IMG/VR virus record: IMGVR_UViG_3300028591_000213
Span: 540 to 64,539 of that record
Strand: one strand, 5' to 3'
Length of the DNA stretch: 64,000 bases
Source: a virus
Lineage: Duplodnaviria; Caudoviricetes
Shown here: piece by piece, positions 1 to 9,323 of the stretch
Layout of the letters: each line of letters begins with the position of its first letter
How positions within the stretch are numbered: the stretch's first letter is position 1
Notes under the pieces: generated by a model
What the model was told of the DNA's origin: nothing
Databases searched by the model: none
What the model saw: only the letters and a program-made list of their open reading frames with translations
Translations under genes and position numbers: made by a program

Positions 1-534
1 CAAATATCAGGTTCTGATTTGCTTTTATCAACAAAAGACGGTAAATTAAATCGTTCAATAATTGATGAAAAGGTAGCAAGTAGGTTTGCTAATAAAAATC
101 TTGAAACATTTTCATTGGAATTGTCATTTATCAGCAAAAATGGTCAAAAACGCTGCGGATGGCTACTGGATAACACAAAAAGAACAGAATATTATCTTTT
201 TGGGTGGATTTTGGAAGCAGATATACCATATTTTGAAGATAAAAAACGTTTTGATACAAATGCTATTACTAAAAATAATATAAAAAAGTTAGAATGGGCA
301 TTGGTAAAGCGGTCTGATATTGTTAAATTACTTGAAAAGAAGGGATGGACTCTAGAAAAGCTTGCTAAACAAGACGAAAAAATACGTGAACAAGGTGGAG
401 TTAAAACAAAAGATTTTATAGATGGCATTTCCTTTAGATATAGTGATGCTTATATTGAAAAACCTATAAATGTTTTGTTAAAAAAAGAAACTTATATAAA
501 TATTTCAACATTGCATGGTACAATTGAAAAATAA
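1..534 (+). CDS. Hypothetical protein, 5'-truncated by window edge; possible PD-(D/E)xK nuclease-like fold
   Basis: Frame is open from base 1 (caa ata tca ggt tct gat ttg), so the ORF-track TTG start at 19 is not the real start; D...DEK spacing (GSDLLL...IIDEKV) is only suggestive. Confidence 0.45.
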   Translation, partial: QISGSDLLLSTKDGKLNRSIIDEKVASRFANKNLETFSLELSFISKNGQKRCGWLLDNTKRTEYYLFGWILEADIPYFEDKKRFDTNAITKNNIKKLEWALVKRSDIVKLLEKKGWTLEKLAKQDEKIREQGGVKTKDFIDGISFRYSDAYIEKPINVLLKKETYINISTLHGTIEK

Positions 535-535
535 T

Positions 536-922
536 ATGGGTAAAAAAAAAGATAATTTTAAAGTTATAATTGCAGGCTCAAGAGGATTTAGCAATTATAA
601 GTTATTAAGGGACAGTTGCAATAAATTTTTGTTTGAAAAAAAGAAAACGCACAACATTGTTATAATCAGTGGTGGTGCACGTGGCGCTGACAGCTTAGGA
701 GAGAGGTATGCCAAGGATGAGGGCTTTGATTTGGAGGTATATCCCGCCGATTGGAAGAAATATGGAAAATCAGCTGGTTTTAGAAGGAATGAGCAGATGG
801 CGGAGGTTGCCGATGGTTTAATAGCATTTTGGGATGGTGTTTCTCATGGAACCGCTCATATGATTGAAATTTCAAAAAATAAGAATATTGAAACAAATGT
901 TGTTAATTATGGAACTATGTGA
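536..922 (+). CDS. SLOG/YspA-like (DUF2493-type) protein
   Basis: KVIIAGSRGF, IISGGARGADSLGERYA, PADWKKYGKSAGFRRNEQM, LIAFWDG.S.GT motifs; ATG at 536 preferred over the overlapping 515 start. Confidence 0.8.
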   Translation: MGKKKDNFKVIIAGSRGFSNYKLLRDSCNKFLFEKKKTHNIVIISGGARGADSLGERYAKDEGFDLEVYPADWKKYGKSAGFRRNEQMAEVADGLIAFWDGVSHGTAHMIEISKNKNIETNVVNYGTM

Positions 923-1017
923 ATATGATTTGATTGAACTGTTAAGAACACATTAATATATTACAGCGAAGTGAAAGAAATAGATTATAATAATTACAGA
1001 TTTAAAAAAATTTTTAT

Positions 1018-2172
1018 ATGATACAACCAATAAATAAAAACAAAAAAAGTATAAAAAAAGAAAATCAGTTATTTACTTTGTTGGTAGATGGCAATTCATT
1101 ACTGAAAATGTCATTGGTTGATAAAAGGATGAACTCAAAGGGTGAAGAATATGGGGCAATATTTGTTTTTTTGAGGCAATTGGGCCATTTATTGGAGAAA
1201 AAGGATTTTAATTTTTGTGTTGTGTGTTATGATGGCTATAATTCGGGCATTTTAAGATACAATTATTATAAAGATTACAAAGCCAATCGTGATAAACATT
1301 ATGAAATGGCTGGAGCTGGTACAACAGATTATGATAAGAATATCAATGATTATGTAAAGAAGGTATTAAATTACAGTAGGTCCAACAAGAAAGAGTTAAA
1401 GCGTGTTGAGACTGATGATGAGTGTTTTCAGAGGCAGAGGGAGATTTTGCAAAATATTTTGGAGAATCTATATGTTAGGCAATTTATGTATGATGACGTT
1501 GAGGGTGATGATTTGATTGCTTATTATGTTAAGAATAAATTGCCAAATGAAAATATAGTAATTGTTAGTGGCGACAGGGATTTAACTCAATTAATAAGTG
1601 ATGATGTTTGTCAGTATATACCTTCTTTAAAAAAATTTATAAGCCCAAAAAATTCTGCCAAAGAGCTTGGAATTACGCATGAAAATACTGTTTTAAAGAA
1701 AATAATATGCGGTGATTCTTCTGATAATATTAAAGGTATAAAGGGAATTGGGGAGCAAACTTTGGTTAAATTGTTTCCGGAGTTGATTGAAAATAAAAGC
1801 GATTTGGAAGCCGTTATAGCGCGTTCAAAGGAGTTGCTGAGTGAGAGGAAGGAGCAGAAGAAAAAGCCTCTCAGAGCGCTCGAAAACATCATTAACGGCG
1901 TTACAGATGGGTCACAGGGCAAAGACATTTATGAAATAAACAAAAAGATTATAGATTTATCAGAGCCATTATTAACGGATGAAGCGTTAAATGCGTTAAA
2001 TGATGAAATTCGTGCTCCTTTGAGCGATGAAGGTAGGAGCATTAAAAATATATATGAAATTATAGAAGAAAATGGGATGAATTATATTATGGACAATTTT
2101 GGAGAGATTTTTGGTAAATTTGAACGCATTATAAAAACTGAGAAGAAGTATAGTAAAAACATGTCTAGATAG
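1018..2172 (+). CDS. 5'-3' exonuclease / flap endonuclease (T4 RNase H / PolI N-terminal-like)
   Basis: LLVDGNSL, YKANR, EGDDLIA, IVSGDRDLTQL, GDSSDNIKGIKGIGEQT (helix-3-turn-helix) motifs. Confidence 0.9.
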   Translation: MIQPINKNKKSIKKENQLFTLLVDGNSLLKMSLVDKRMNSKGEEYGAIFVFLRQLGHLLEKKDFNFCVVCYDGYNSGILRYNYYKDYKANRDKHYEMAGAGTTDYDKNINDYVKKVLNYSRSNKKELKRVETDDECFQRQREILQNILENLYVRQFMYDDVEGDDLIAYYVKNKLPNENIVIVSGDRDLTQLISDDVCQYIPSLKKFISPKNSAKELGITHENTVLKKIICGDSSDNIKGIKGIGEQTLVKLFPELIENKSDLEAVIARSKELLSERKEQKKKPLRALENIINGVTDGSQGKDIYEINKKIIDLSEPLLTDEALNALNDEIRAPLSDEGRSIKNIYEIIEENGMNYIMDNFGEIFGKFERIIKTEKKYSKNMSR

Positions 2173-2217
2173 TGAAAAAATGTTATAAAATAATTTTTAT
2201 TTTTTTAAATTTTTTTG

Positions 2218-2225
2218 TATATTTG
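2218..2225 (+). promoter_or_regulatory. Bacteroidota-type -7 promoter box (TATATTTG)
   Basis: tttttgTATATTTG matches the TAnnTTTG consensus; the same context recurs at 34957(-), 45869 and 59528, with a near match at 42570(-). Confidence 0.55.
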
Positions 2226-2313
2226 TACTGTTAACATTTGTTAACAACTATTTTTTAAAAAGATATTGAGATTTATTAAAAAAATTGTTTAACTATTAAT
2301 TTAAAATTTAATT

Positions 2314-3048
2314 ATGGGAATTGTAAAAGACCAAGTTTACAAAGAAGAGAGATTTGAGTTTGCGTTATATGTTAATAACAACATTATTTGCAAAAGAAAT
2401 TTCAAAATTAACGATTTTATTGAACATAGTATGGAATCTTTAGATTTTAAAGATAAAGTAGATGAAATCGTTGGAATGATTGATAATGATTTAAAATCAA
2501 AGAGTAGGGTATATTTATGGTATAATTTTAACCCTAATGAACCAGATGCAAATGAGGAATTTAATTCTGAATTAATTGCGCCTTGGGAATGTACGTTTAA
2601 GTTTGAAGTGTCTGATAATCATAAAGTTATGATTAGCAAAATTTGGGATGGCTATGCATATCCGAGGCAAATTAGAGAAAAGGTAGACATTAGTAATAGA
2701 AATGTTAAGATTTCAAACAAAGATGGTAGAGTGTATGTTTATGATAAGGAATCATTTTTCAAAGCTAATGATGACAGGCTTACATTTGAGCAGCAAGTTC
2801 TCAAGGGGATGATAATGGATAAATCAGATTTATTAGCTCAGATTACCAAGCAGATTTGCGAAGCGTGTTCCGTGCATGATGGGGCATATACAGATGTAAA
2901 TGATTATGTCTTATCTGAGTCATATGGCAAAAATGCCAATGGCGAAGAGGTAGTATATAATTTCAATATAGATGCCCAAAATAAGAAATTAGAAAGAAAG
3001 TGGCTAAAATTAGCTTTAGAAGATATTAAGAAAAGAAATGTAAATTAA
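2314..3048 (+). CDS. Hypothetical phage protein
   Basis: 244-aa ORF with clean ATG in a replication gene cluster; no recognisable motif. Confidence 0.7.
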   Translation: MGIVKDQVYKEERFEFALYVNNNIICKRNFKINDFIEHSMESLDFKDKVDEIVGMIDNDLKSKSRVYLWYNFNPNEPDANEEFNSELIAPWECTFKFEVSDNHKVMISKIWDGYAYPRQIREKVDISNRNVKISNKDGRVYVYDKESFFKANDDRLTFEQQVLKGMIMDKSDLLAQITKQICEACSVHDGAYTDVNDYVLSESYGKNANGEEVVYNFNIDAQNKKLERKWLKLALEDIKKRNVN

Positions 3049-3071
3049 TCTTTTTTAAAATAAAAATTATC

Positions 3072-5165
3072 ATGGCAATAAATGCATCAAATTCAAATAA
3101 ATTAGGTTTTTTGGGAGAAGATTTTCAATTTAAACTGGTGCATAGTTTTTTAAGCGACATAGAATTTTTCAAAGATTTATGTGATATTATTGACCAAAAC
3201 TTATTCACTAACCCCAACTTAAAGACAATAGTTGGGGTTATGAGAGAATATTATAAAAATAGACAGTCTGTACCTGATTATAAGACGCTTGAAATTCTTC
3301 TTGCTGAAAAATCGCATTCGGAGCAAGAAAAAGACATCTATTTAGAAGTTTTAAGAAAAATTCATGAAATTCCATATAATGATGGTGAATATATAAAAGA
3401 ATTGTCAGAAAAGTTTTTTAAGCAACAGAATATGGTTAGAGTGGCAAATGAAATAATATCAATTGCAAGTAAAGGTGATGTCGAAAATTATGACAAATGC
3501 GTTGAAATACTTAATAAGGCATTAATACAAGGGACCGGAGAAGATTTGGGTAGTTCTGTGTTTGATGATGAAAACAATGTGCTCTCAGATGACTATAGAA
3601 TTGTTATTCCAACAGGTATAGGCAAAATTGATGAAACATTGGAAGGCGGATTAGGTAAAGGAGAATTGGGCGTAATAGTTGGCTCATCTTCATTTGGAAA
3701 AGTACAACCATATGATTCAAAGGTAGTTACGCCTGACGGCATAAAGAATATGGGTGATATACATGAAGGTGATTACGTAATCGGAGCAGATGGTAAGCCT
3801 CATGTAGTTACAACTGTTTATCCTCATACAGATTGGGACTTTTACAAAGTAACATTCTCTGATGGCACTTTTACTGAGTGCGGAATGGAGCATTTGTGGA
3901 ATGTGAGAAATATATTTTCTAAGGATAAAAATAAAGATTTTGAAACACTCCCATTATCTGAAATAGTTAAGAAAGGACTTCGTACTAAAAAAGGGCAGAA
4001 CAGATTTGAAATACCAACATGTAAACCGGTAGAATTTATTAAAAATGATGATTTAGCATTTTCAACCATAGAAGATAGAGAGAAGTTTTTAATTGAAACC
4101 ATTGGAGATGAAAATATGCACAATGATTTGTTACAGATAACAGATTCATTGGAAGATGCCGCAAGAATATCATTTGTCGTTCGTTCTTTGGGCGGAATTT
4201 CACAAGTATTTGAATATGGCGGCAATTATAATTTATTCATAAGGTGGAATACCAATAAAACAATACAGTCTGTTGAATTTTCAAGAAAAGCAGATGGACA
4301 ATGTATAATGGTTGATTCTGAAGAACACCTATACCTGACAGATGATTTCATTGTAACGCATAATACATCATTAACAACCGCCATATCATCATTTGCATCA
4401 ACCTATTGTTGCCCACAAAATAATGATGAGGGTTTTAAAGTGCTACAGATTGTTTTTGAGGATAGAATTAAACAAATTCAAAGAAAACATATTGGAAGGA
4501 TAACAGGCATCGAAGCTAAAGATTTATCTAAACCAGGGATAGTGGACCAAGTGAAAGAGCAGTTGGAACACTATCCTTTTAGAGAAATGATGCAAAAAAA
4601 TTTAAGAATTATTAGACTTCCCAGCGGAGAAAAAACCGCCGATGATATAAAAAGACTCATTATAAAATTAAGAAATAATGGATTTAGCCCCGATTTGGTC
4701 ATTATAGACTATTTTGAATGTCTTCTATGTAAAGGAGATTCAAGCGATGATAAGTGGGAAAAAGAAGGAAAAACAATGAGAAAGTTTGAGTCAATTGCAG
4801 GAGAACTTAACATTGGAATATGGATTCCCGTACAAGGAACAAAAGATTCTTTAAACGCTGAAGTAGTTACCATGGATAAAGCAGGCGGCTCGTTTAAAAA
4901 AATACAAATTGCGCACATCGTAATGTCAATAGCAAGAACAGTCAATGATATTGAAAATAATATTGCAACCATCGCAATCCTTAAAAATAGAGCAGGAAAA
5001 GCAGGAAGAGTATTTGATGGCGTTGAATTTAATAATGGCACGTGTAGAATAAGCACAGACCACGTGGAAGAGTACGGAAGTGCATTTTTTGTAAAACAAA
5101 AAGAAAAAAGTGAACTTGAAAAATCTAGTGATGTTTATAAAAAATTTATAGAAAAAAATAAATAA
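3072..5165 (+). CDS. dnaB: Replicative DNA helicase (DnaB / T4 gp41-like) containing an intein
   Basis: Walker A GELGVIVGSSSFGK|T reconstituted after intein removal; Walker B LVIIDY; KKIQIAHIVMSI and ILKNRAG C-terminal motifs. Confidence 0.9.
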   Translation: MAINASNSNKLGFLGEDFQFKLVHSFLSDIEFFKDLCDIIDQNLFTNPNLKTIVGVMREYYKNRQSVPDYKTLEILLAEKSHSEQEKDIYLEVLRKIHEIPYNDGEYIKELSEKFFKQQNMVRVANEIISIASKGDVENYDKCVEILNKALIQGTGEDLGSSVFDDENNVLSDDYRIVIPTGIGKIDETLEGGLGKGELGVIVGSSSFGKVQPYDSKVVTPDGIKNMGDIHEGDYVIGADGKPHVVTTVYPHTDWDFYKVTFSDGTFTECGMEHLWNVRNIFSKDKNKDFETLPLSEIVKKGLRTKKGQNRFEIPTCKPVEFIKNDDLAFSTIEDREKFLIETIGDENMHNDLLQITDSLEDAARISFVVRSLGGISQVFEYGGNYNLFIRWNTNKTIQSVEFSRKADGQCIMVDSEEHLYLTDDFIVTHNTSLTTAISSFASTYCCPQNNDEGFKVLQIVFEDRIKQIQRKHIGRITGIEAKDLSKPGIVDQVKEQLEHYPFREMMQKNLRIIRLPSGEKTADDIKRLIIKLRNNGFSPDLVIIDYFECLLCKGDSSDDKWEKEGKTMRKFESIAGELNIGIWIPVQGTKDSLNAEVVTMDKAGGSFKKIQIAHIVMSIARTVNDIENNIATIAILKNRAGKAGRVFDGVEFNNGTCRISTDHVEEYGSAFFVKQKEKSELEKSSDVYKKFIEKNK
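3702..4364 (+). mobile_element. Class-3-type mini-intein (221 aa) in the helicase P-loop, endonuclease degenerate
   Basis: Inserted between GK and T of Walker A; begins VQPYDSKVVTPDG; block B ECGMEHLW, block F GQCIMVD, block G IVTHN|T; only a remnant of a LAGLIDADG region (SFVVRSLGG). Confidence 0.85.
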
Positions 5166-5336
5166 AATTTTTTTAATTGGAAACTCATTGGCTATCATAA
5201 AGTTAAAAAAATGATAGCTATTTTTAGCTAAAAAATAAAATTTTTTTATATTTTTTGGCATATTTATTTTCACATCTAGATGAAAATGGTTGACCGAAAA
5301 AGAAAAATAATTAACTAAAAAAAAAGTTTTGTTTTA

Positions 5337-6207
5337 ATGGAAGTAAGAAAAAGCGATGGAACTTTTGAAGAGTACGCAATCTCAAAAGTAAAACACGGTA
5401 TATGTGAAGCATATGCCGCCGCCAAAGAAGAATGTCCAGACGGATTGATTGAATCATTAATAAAAAACTTATATGTATACGATAAGATTTCATCAAGCGA
5501 AGTCAGAAGACAAGTGGAAGAGTCTTTGATGTCAGTAAATAAAAAGGTCGCAAGAATCTATATTAAGAAGTATGAAGAAAAAGAAGGAAAACAAAAAACA
5601 CTAGAAAAAGATAGCGATTTTATAAGAGATTATATTAACGCATCAAATGCATCAACGGGTTCAAAATATGATTCAAACGCCAACGTTGAAAATAAAAATG
5701 TTGTTACCTTGGGACAAGAGCTACACAAAGGCAAAAATATTCAACAAAATAGATACATAATGCATAATAAAATAAAAGCATTATACTCTAAAAAGTTGGC
5801 AGACCAATATATAAAAGATTTGGAAACACACGTGTTATATAAACACGATGAGTCAGGAACCCCAGGCTATCCGTACTGCGTGGCAATTACAATGTACCCA
5901 TTCCTAATAGACGGACTTAAAAAATTGGGAGGACAGTCCAAAGCGCCAACAGATTTAAAATCATATTGCGGAGAATTTATAAACCTTGTTTACTCAGTCT
6001 CATCTCAGTTCATGGGCGCGGTGGCCACTCCGGAATTCCTTATGTATATGGACTATTTCATTAGGAAAGATTATGGAGATGATTATTTAAGCATACTTGA
6101 TAAACAAGTTGAACTTAATAGAAAGGGTAGAACATTGGAACAAGTAATCGAAAACGCATTCCAACAAGTGGTTCATTCAATGAATATGCCAGCCGGCAAT
6201 AGAGGGT
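5337..6207 (+). CDS. nrdD: Anaerobic ribonucleoside-triphosphate reductase NrdD, exon 1 (ATP-cone + N-terminus)
   Basis: ATP-cone MEVRKSDGTFEEYAISKV, IYKHD-like LYKHDES, YCVAITMYPFL, SQFMGAVA, NMPAGNRG; ends in the U of a split TAC codon. Confidence 0.92.
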
Positions 6208-6597
6208 AGATTTGTGCCCTTACTGCGTTAAGAGCTTTATCAGGCTCAGTTATACAAGCAGCAATTAAATAATTGCATAAGCAAATAATACTTGTATAGC
6301 TTCGGGGAAGGTTTTACATGGTCAGTATACTTTTTGGAACATATATTTATATAAAGAATACAGTAATGATAATGTAAAAATAATCCCGAACCAAATTAGA
6401 TAAAAATATGTATGTATATAAAATTATAAATTTAATAAACAATAACATACAAAAATATCTAATGTGTGTAGAGAGCATTTCCTTTGTAGGAAAGTACGTC
6501 CCTATTGATACGGGTACAGAAACACGCGGGTGTATAAAAATACACAAAAGGTGCTCCACAGTATTGTTTAATAGTTCCAAAATTAAATAATGCTTTG
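6208..6597 (+). ncRNA. Group I intron 1 of nrdD (390 nt, no ORF)
   Basis: Removal gives G-Y-Q-T-V-F-W in frame; 5' exon ends in U, intron ends in G; P1 AGGGU/GCCCU; P7 GAGCA(6473-6477)/UGCUC(6552-6556). Confidence 0.82.
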
Positions 6598-8519
6598 ACC
6601 AAACAGTTTTTTGGAATGTAGGATATTTCGATGAAAATTATTTTAAAGGAGTATTTGGGGATTTTAGATTCCCAGACGGAACAGCTCCAAAATGGGAAAC
6701 CCTGTCGTGGCTTCAGAAGAAGTTTATGAAATGGTTTAACGAAGAAAGAAATAAATATGTTCTTACTTTCCCAGTAGAAACCATGGCAATGCTTACAGAT
6801 GGACATGACGTTGTTGATAAAGAATATGCTGACTTTACAGCTAAAATGTGGGCCGAAGGACACTCATTTTTCTGTTATTTAAGCAATTCTCCCGACTCAT
6901 TGAGTTCGTGTTGCTTTGCGGGAACTCAGAAAGTTTTATGGAAGTCTTCTACACAAGGCGTTAAGCTGACAACACTTGAAGAACTTCATAATTGCAAATG
7001 GGAGCCGTATAAGAAAAATCTTAGAATTTTCCACAATGGAAGCTGGGTGAAAGGAAAATCCATCAAGTTGCCAAACAGAGAAATGTTTAAAGTTACGACT
7101 TTTAACAATAAAGAGTTTTTAATGACAGATAATCATATTAATGTTACCATTGACGGCGAAAAACCAACCAGTGAACTTACAACCAATGATTATTTGATGT
7201 TTAATACTCAAAAATTAAGTGCAATACCAGAGTTAGATGAAAAGCTAACATATGAGCAAGGATTTACTATTGGGGCGTTTTTAGGCGATGGCTCATTTGG
7301 CTCTGAAATAAAAGGGAAGATTTATGATATAAATTTTTCACAAAATGAGGAAAAATATAAAGAAACCGCTAAAAACGTTAATATTGCAAATGAACAACTT
7401 GGAGGCGATAAAAAATGTTCTTTAAACGAAATTTATCATAATGTTTATCCATTACGAATATCATCAAATGCCCTTGTTGAGTTTATTAAAAAATGGACAC
7501 ATTGGGAACGTGGAACATATGCGTTTAATAAAAAACTTAATTTAAACTGTTTATTGCAGTCGGAAGAATTTAGAAGAGGCATTTTAGATGGATGGTATAA
7601 TACAGATGGTGGTAATTCTAACAGATGTTACACAACAAGTAAAGAACTTGCAGAAGATATGGAAGTTTTAATAACATCATTAGGTATGAATTCGATTATT
7701 AATATTTCTGATAAAACCAATGAGAAATTAATAATAAGAGGAGAAGAATATAAGAGAAATTACCCATTATATTGCGTTAGATGGTATTCTGATACGAGCA
7801 ATAGAGCGAATAAAGATGAAGAAAATTCTTGGATTAAGAAAAATAATAGCATATACTTTAAAATAAAGTCAATAGAAAAGATTGATTATTCCGATGATGT
7901 ATATTGTATTGAGTGCAGTAACACTGATGAACCATATTTCACATTGCCATCCGGGTTGATAACTCACAATTGTAGACTGAGAAACTCTCTTAAAGACGTT
8001 GAAGACGATGAACACAACCATACAACGCATCAATTTTCAATGGGAACTGCATCTGTTGCAACGGGTTCAAAATCTGTAATGACGATAAATCTTAATAGGG
8101 TTATTCAAAATGCAACAATTAAATATTTTAAAGAGGTTGAAGGCTTGGAATTTAGCAAAGGACAACAGGTTGATTTATCCAAGGTGTTAAGCAAAGCTAC
8201 TTTATATCAATTTATAGCTGATGGCCTTACAGAGATAACCGAAAGGGTGCATAAATACCAAAGGGCTTTTAATGAAATTATAAAAGACTTTTTCAATGCC
8301 AAAATGCTTGACGTATATAACGCAGGATTTATTTCATTAAAAAAACAATATTTAACGGTTGGAGTCAACGGATTAACTGACGCAGCAGAATTCCTTGGGA
8401 TAGAGGCAAATATTAATGATAAATATGAAGAATTTGTCAACCTAATTCTTGAAACCATCAACATCTCAAATAAAAAAGACAGAACAAGAGATTGTATGTA
8501 TAATACTGAATTCGTGCCT
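6598..8519 (+). CDS. nrdD: NrdD exon 2 (contains an intein)
   Basis: QTVFWNVGYFD, KWFNEER..LTFPVET, SLSSC|CRLRN after intein removal, SVMTINLNR, QYLTVGVNGL, YNTEFVP. Confidence 0.92.
6912..7970 (+). mobile_element. Intein (353 aa) with LAGLIDADG homing endonuclease, inserted between the NrdD active-site cysteines
   Basis: Starts CFAGTQKV, ends LITHN followed by Cys; endonuclease motifs GAFLGDGS and GILDGWYNTDGG. Confidence 0.92.
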
Positions 8520-8797
8520 AAACACACTGGACACGTTAAACCCCTTTTAATTGACTTGGAACTCCATAATGGACAACAAGGCGCAAGCAGAAGCGTTTGT
8601 ATGCTTCGTGCAGCGTGAACGACTAAATATAGGGGCATTACTTAATTAGTAATGATGTGATAGTCTGAACTCTATGGTAACATAGAGAGGGGAATTCGAA
8701 GAAGTTCCCCCGTTTAAAACAAAAAAATATGTTTTAAACCTTCCTTCACCGCTAGAAGAACTAAAAAAGGTACTTCAAGAAGGAGCGTAACAGAGTG
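8520..8797 (+). ncRNA. Group I intron 2 of nrdD (278 nt, no ORF)
   Basis: Removal gives EFVP-GENLSNK in frame; exon ends in U (CCT), intron ends in G; canonical P7 GACUA(8621-8625)/UAGUC(8661-8665); P9 CUCUAUG-GUAA-CAUAGAG with GNRA loop. Confidence 0.9.
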
Positions 8798-9256
8798 GGT
8801 GAAAATCTGTCAAATAAGAATTATAATTGGGATAAAAAAGATGGGTATTATGTTTCTCCAAAACATATAATGTACAGTAGCTATTTCTTTAACCCAGAAG
8901 ATACAAGTTTATCTATTTTGGATAAAATGAAATTACATGGAGAAAAATACGTTAAATATTTGGATGGAGGCCAAGCTTGTCATATTAATATAAATGAACA
9001 TTTATCATTTGAACAGTATAGAAAATTGTTGAAAGTGGCATCAGAATACGGATGTAGTTATTATACATTTAATTGCAAAAATAGTATCTGCAATGATTGT
9101 CAACATATTAGCAAAGATACATTGGAGGTATGCCCAAAATGCGGAAGCAAAAACATAGATTACCTGACTCGTATAATAGGGTACTTAAAACGGGTAAGTT
9201 CGTTTAATGAGGCCAGACAGATTGAGGAGGGTATGAGAAGTTATAGCAACGAATAA
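8798..9256 (+). CDS. nrdD: NrdD exon 3 (Zn site and glycyl-radical loop)
   Basis: YLDGGQACHIN, CNDC...CPKCGS, TRIIGYL; the three exons total 3252 nt = 1083 aa precursor, 730 aa after intein excision. Confidence 0.93.
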   Translation, partial: GENLSNKNYNWDKKDGYYVSPKHIMYSSYFFNPEDTSLSILDKMKLHGEKYVKYLDGGQACHININEHLSFEQYRKLLKVASEYGCSYYTFNCKNSICNDCQHISKDTLEVCPKCGSKNIDYLTRIIGYLKRVSSFNEARQIEEGMRSYSNE

Positions 9257-9323
9257 GTATTGATTTATTGGGCATTTTTATTATATTTTATATGATGTAA
9301 TGTAATAATAATGCTCAATAATA

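Noticed and set aside
8520-8618. C-terminal tail KHTGHVKPLL...MLRAA of ORF 6726-8618 and GTG start at 8795
   Set aside because: Read-through into intron 2 sequence; 8795-8797 is the intron 3' end
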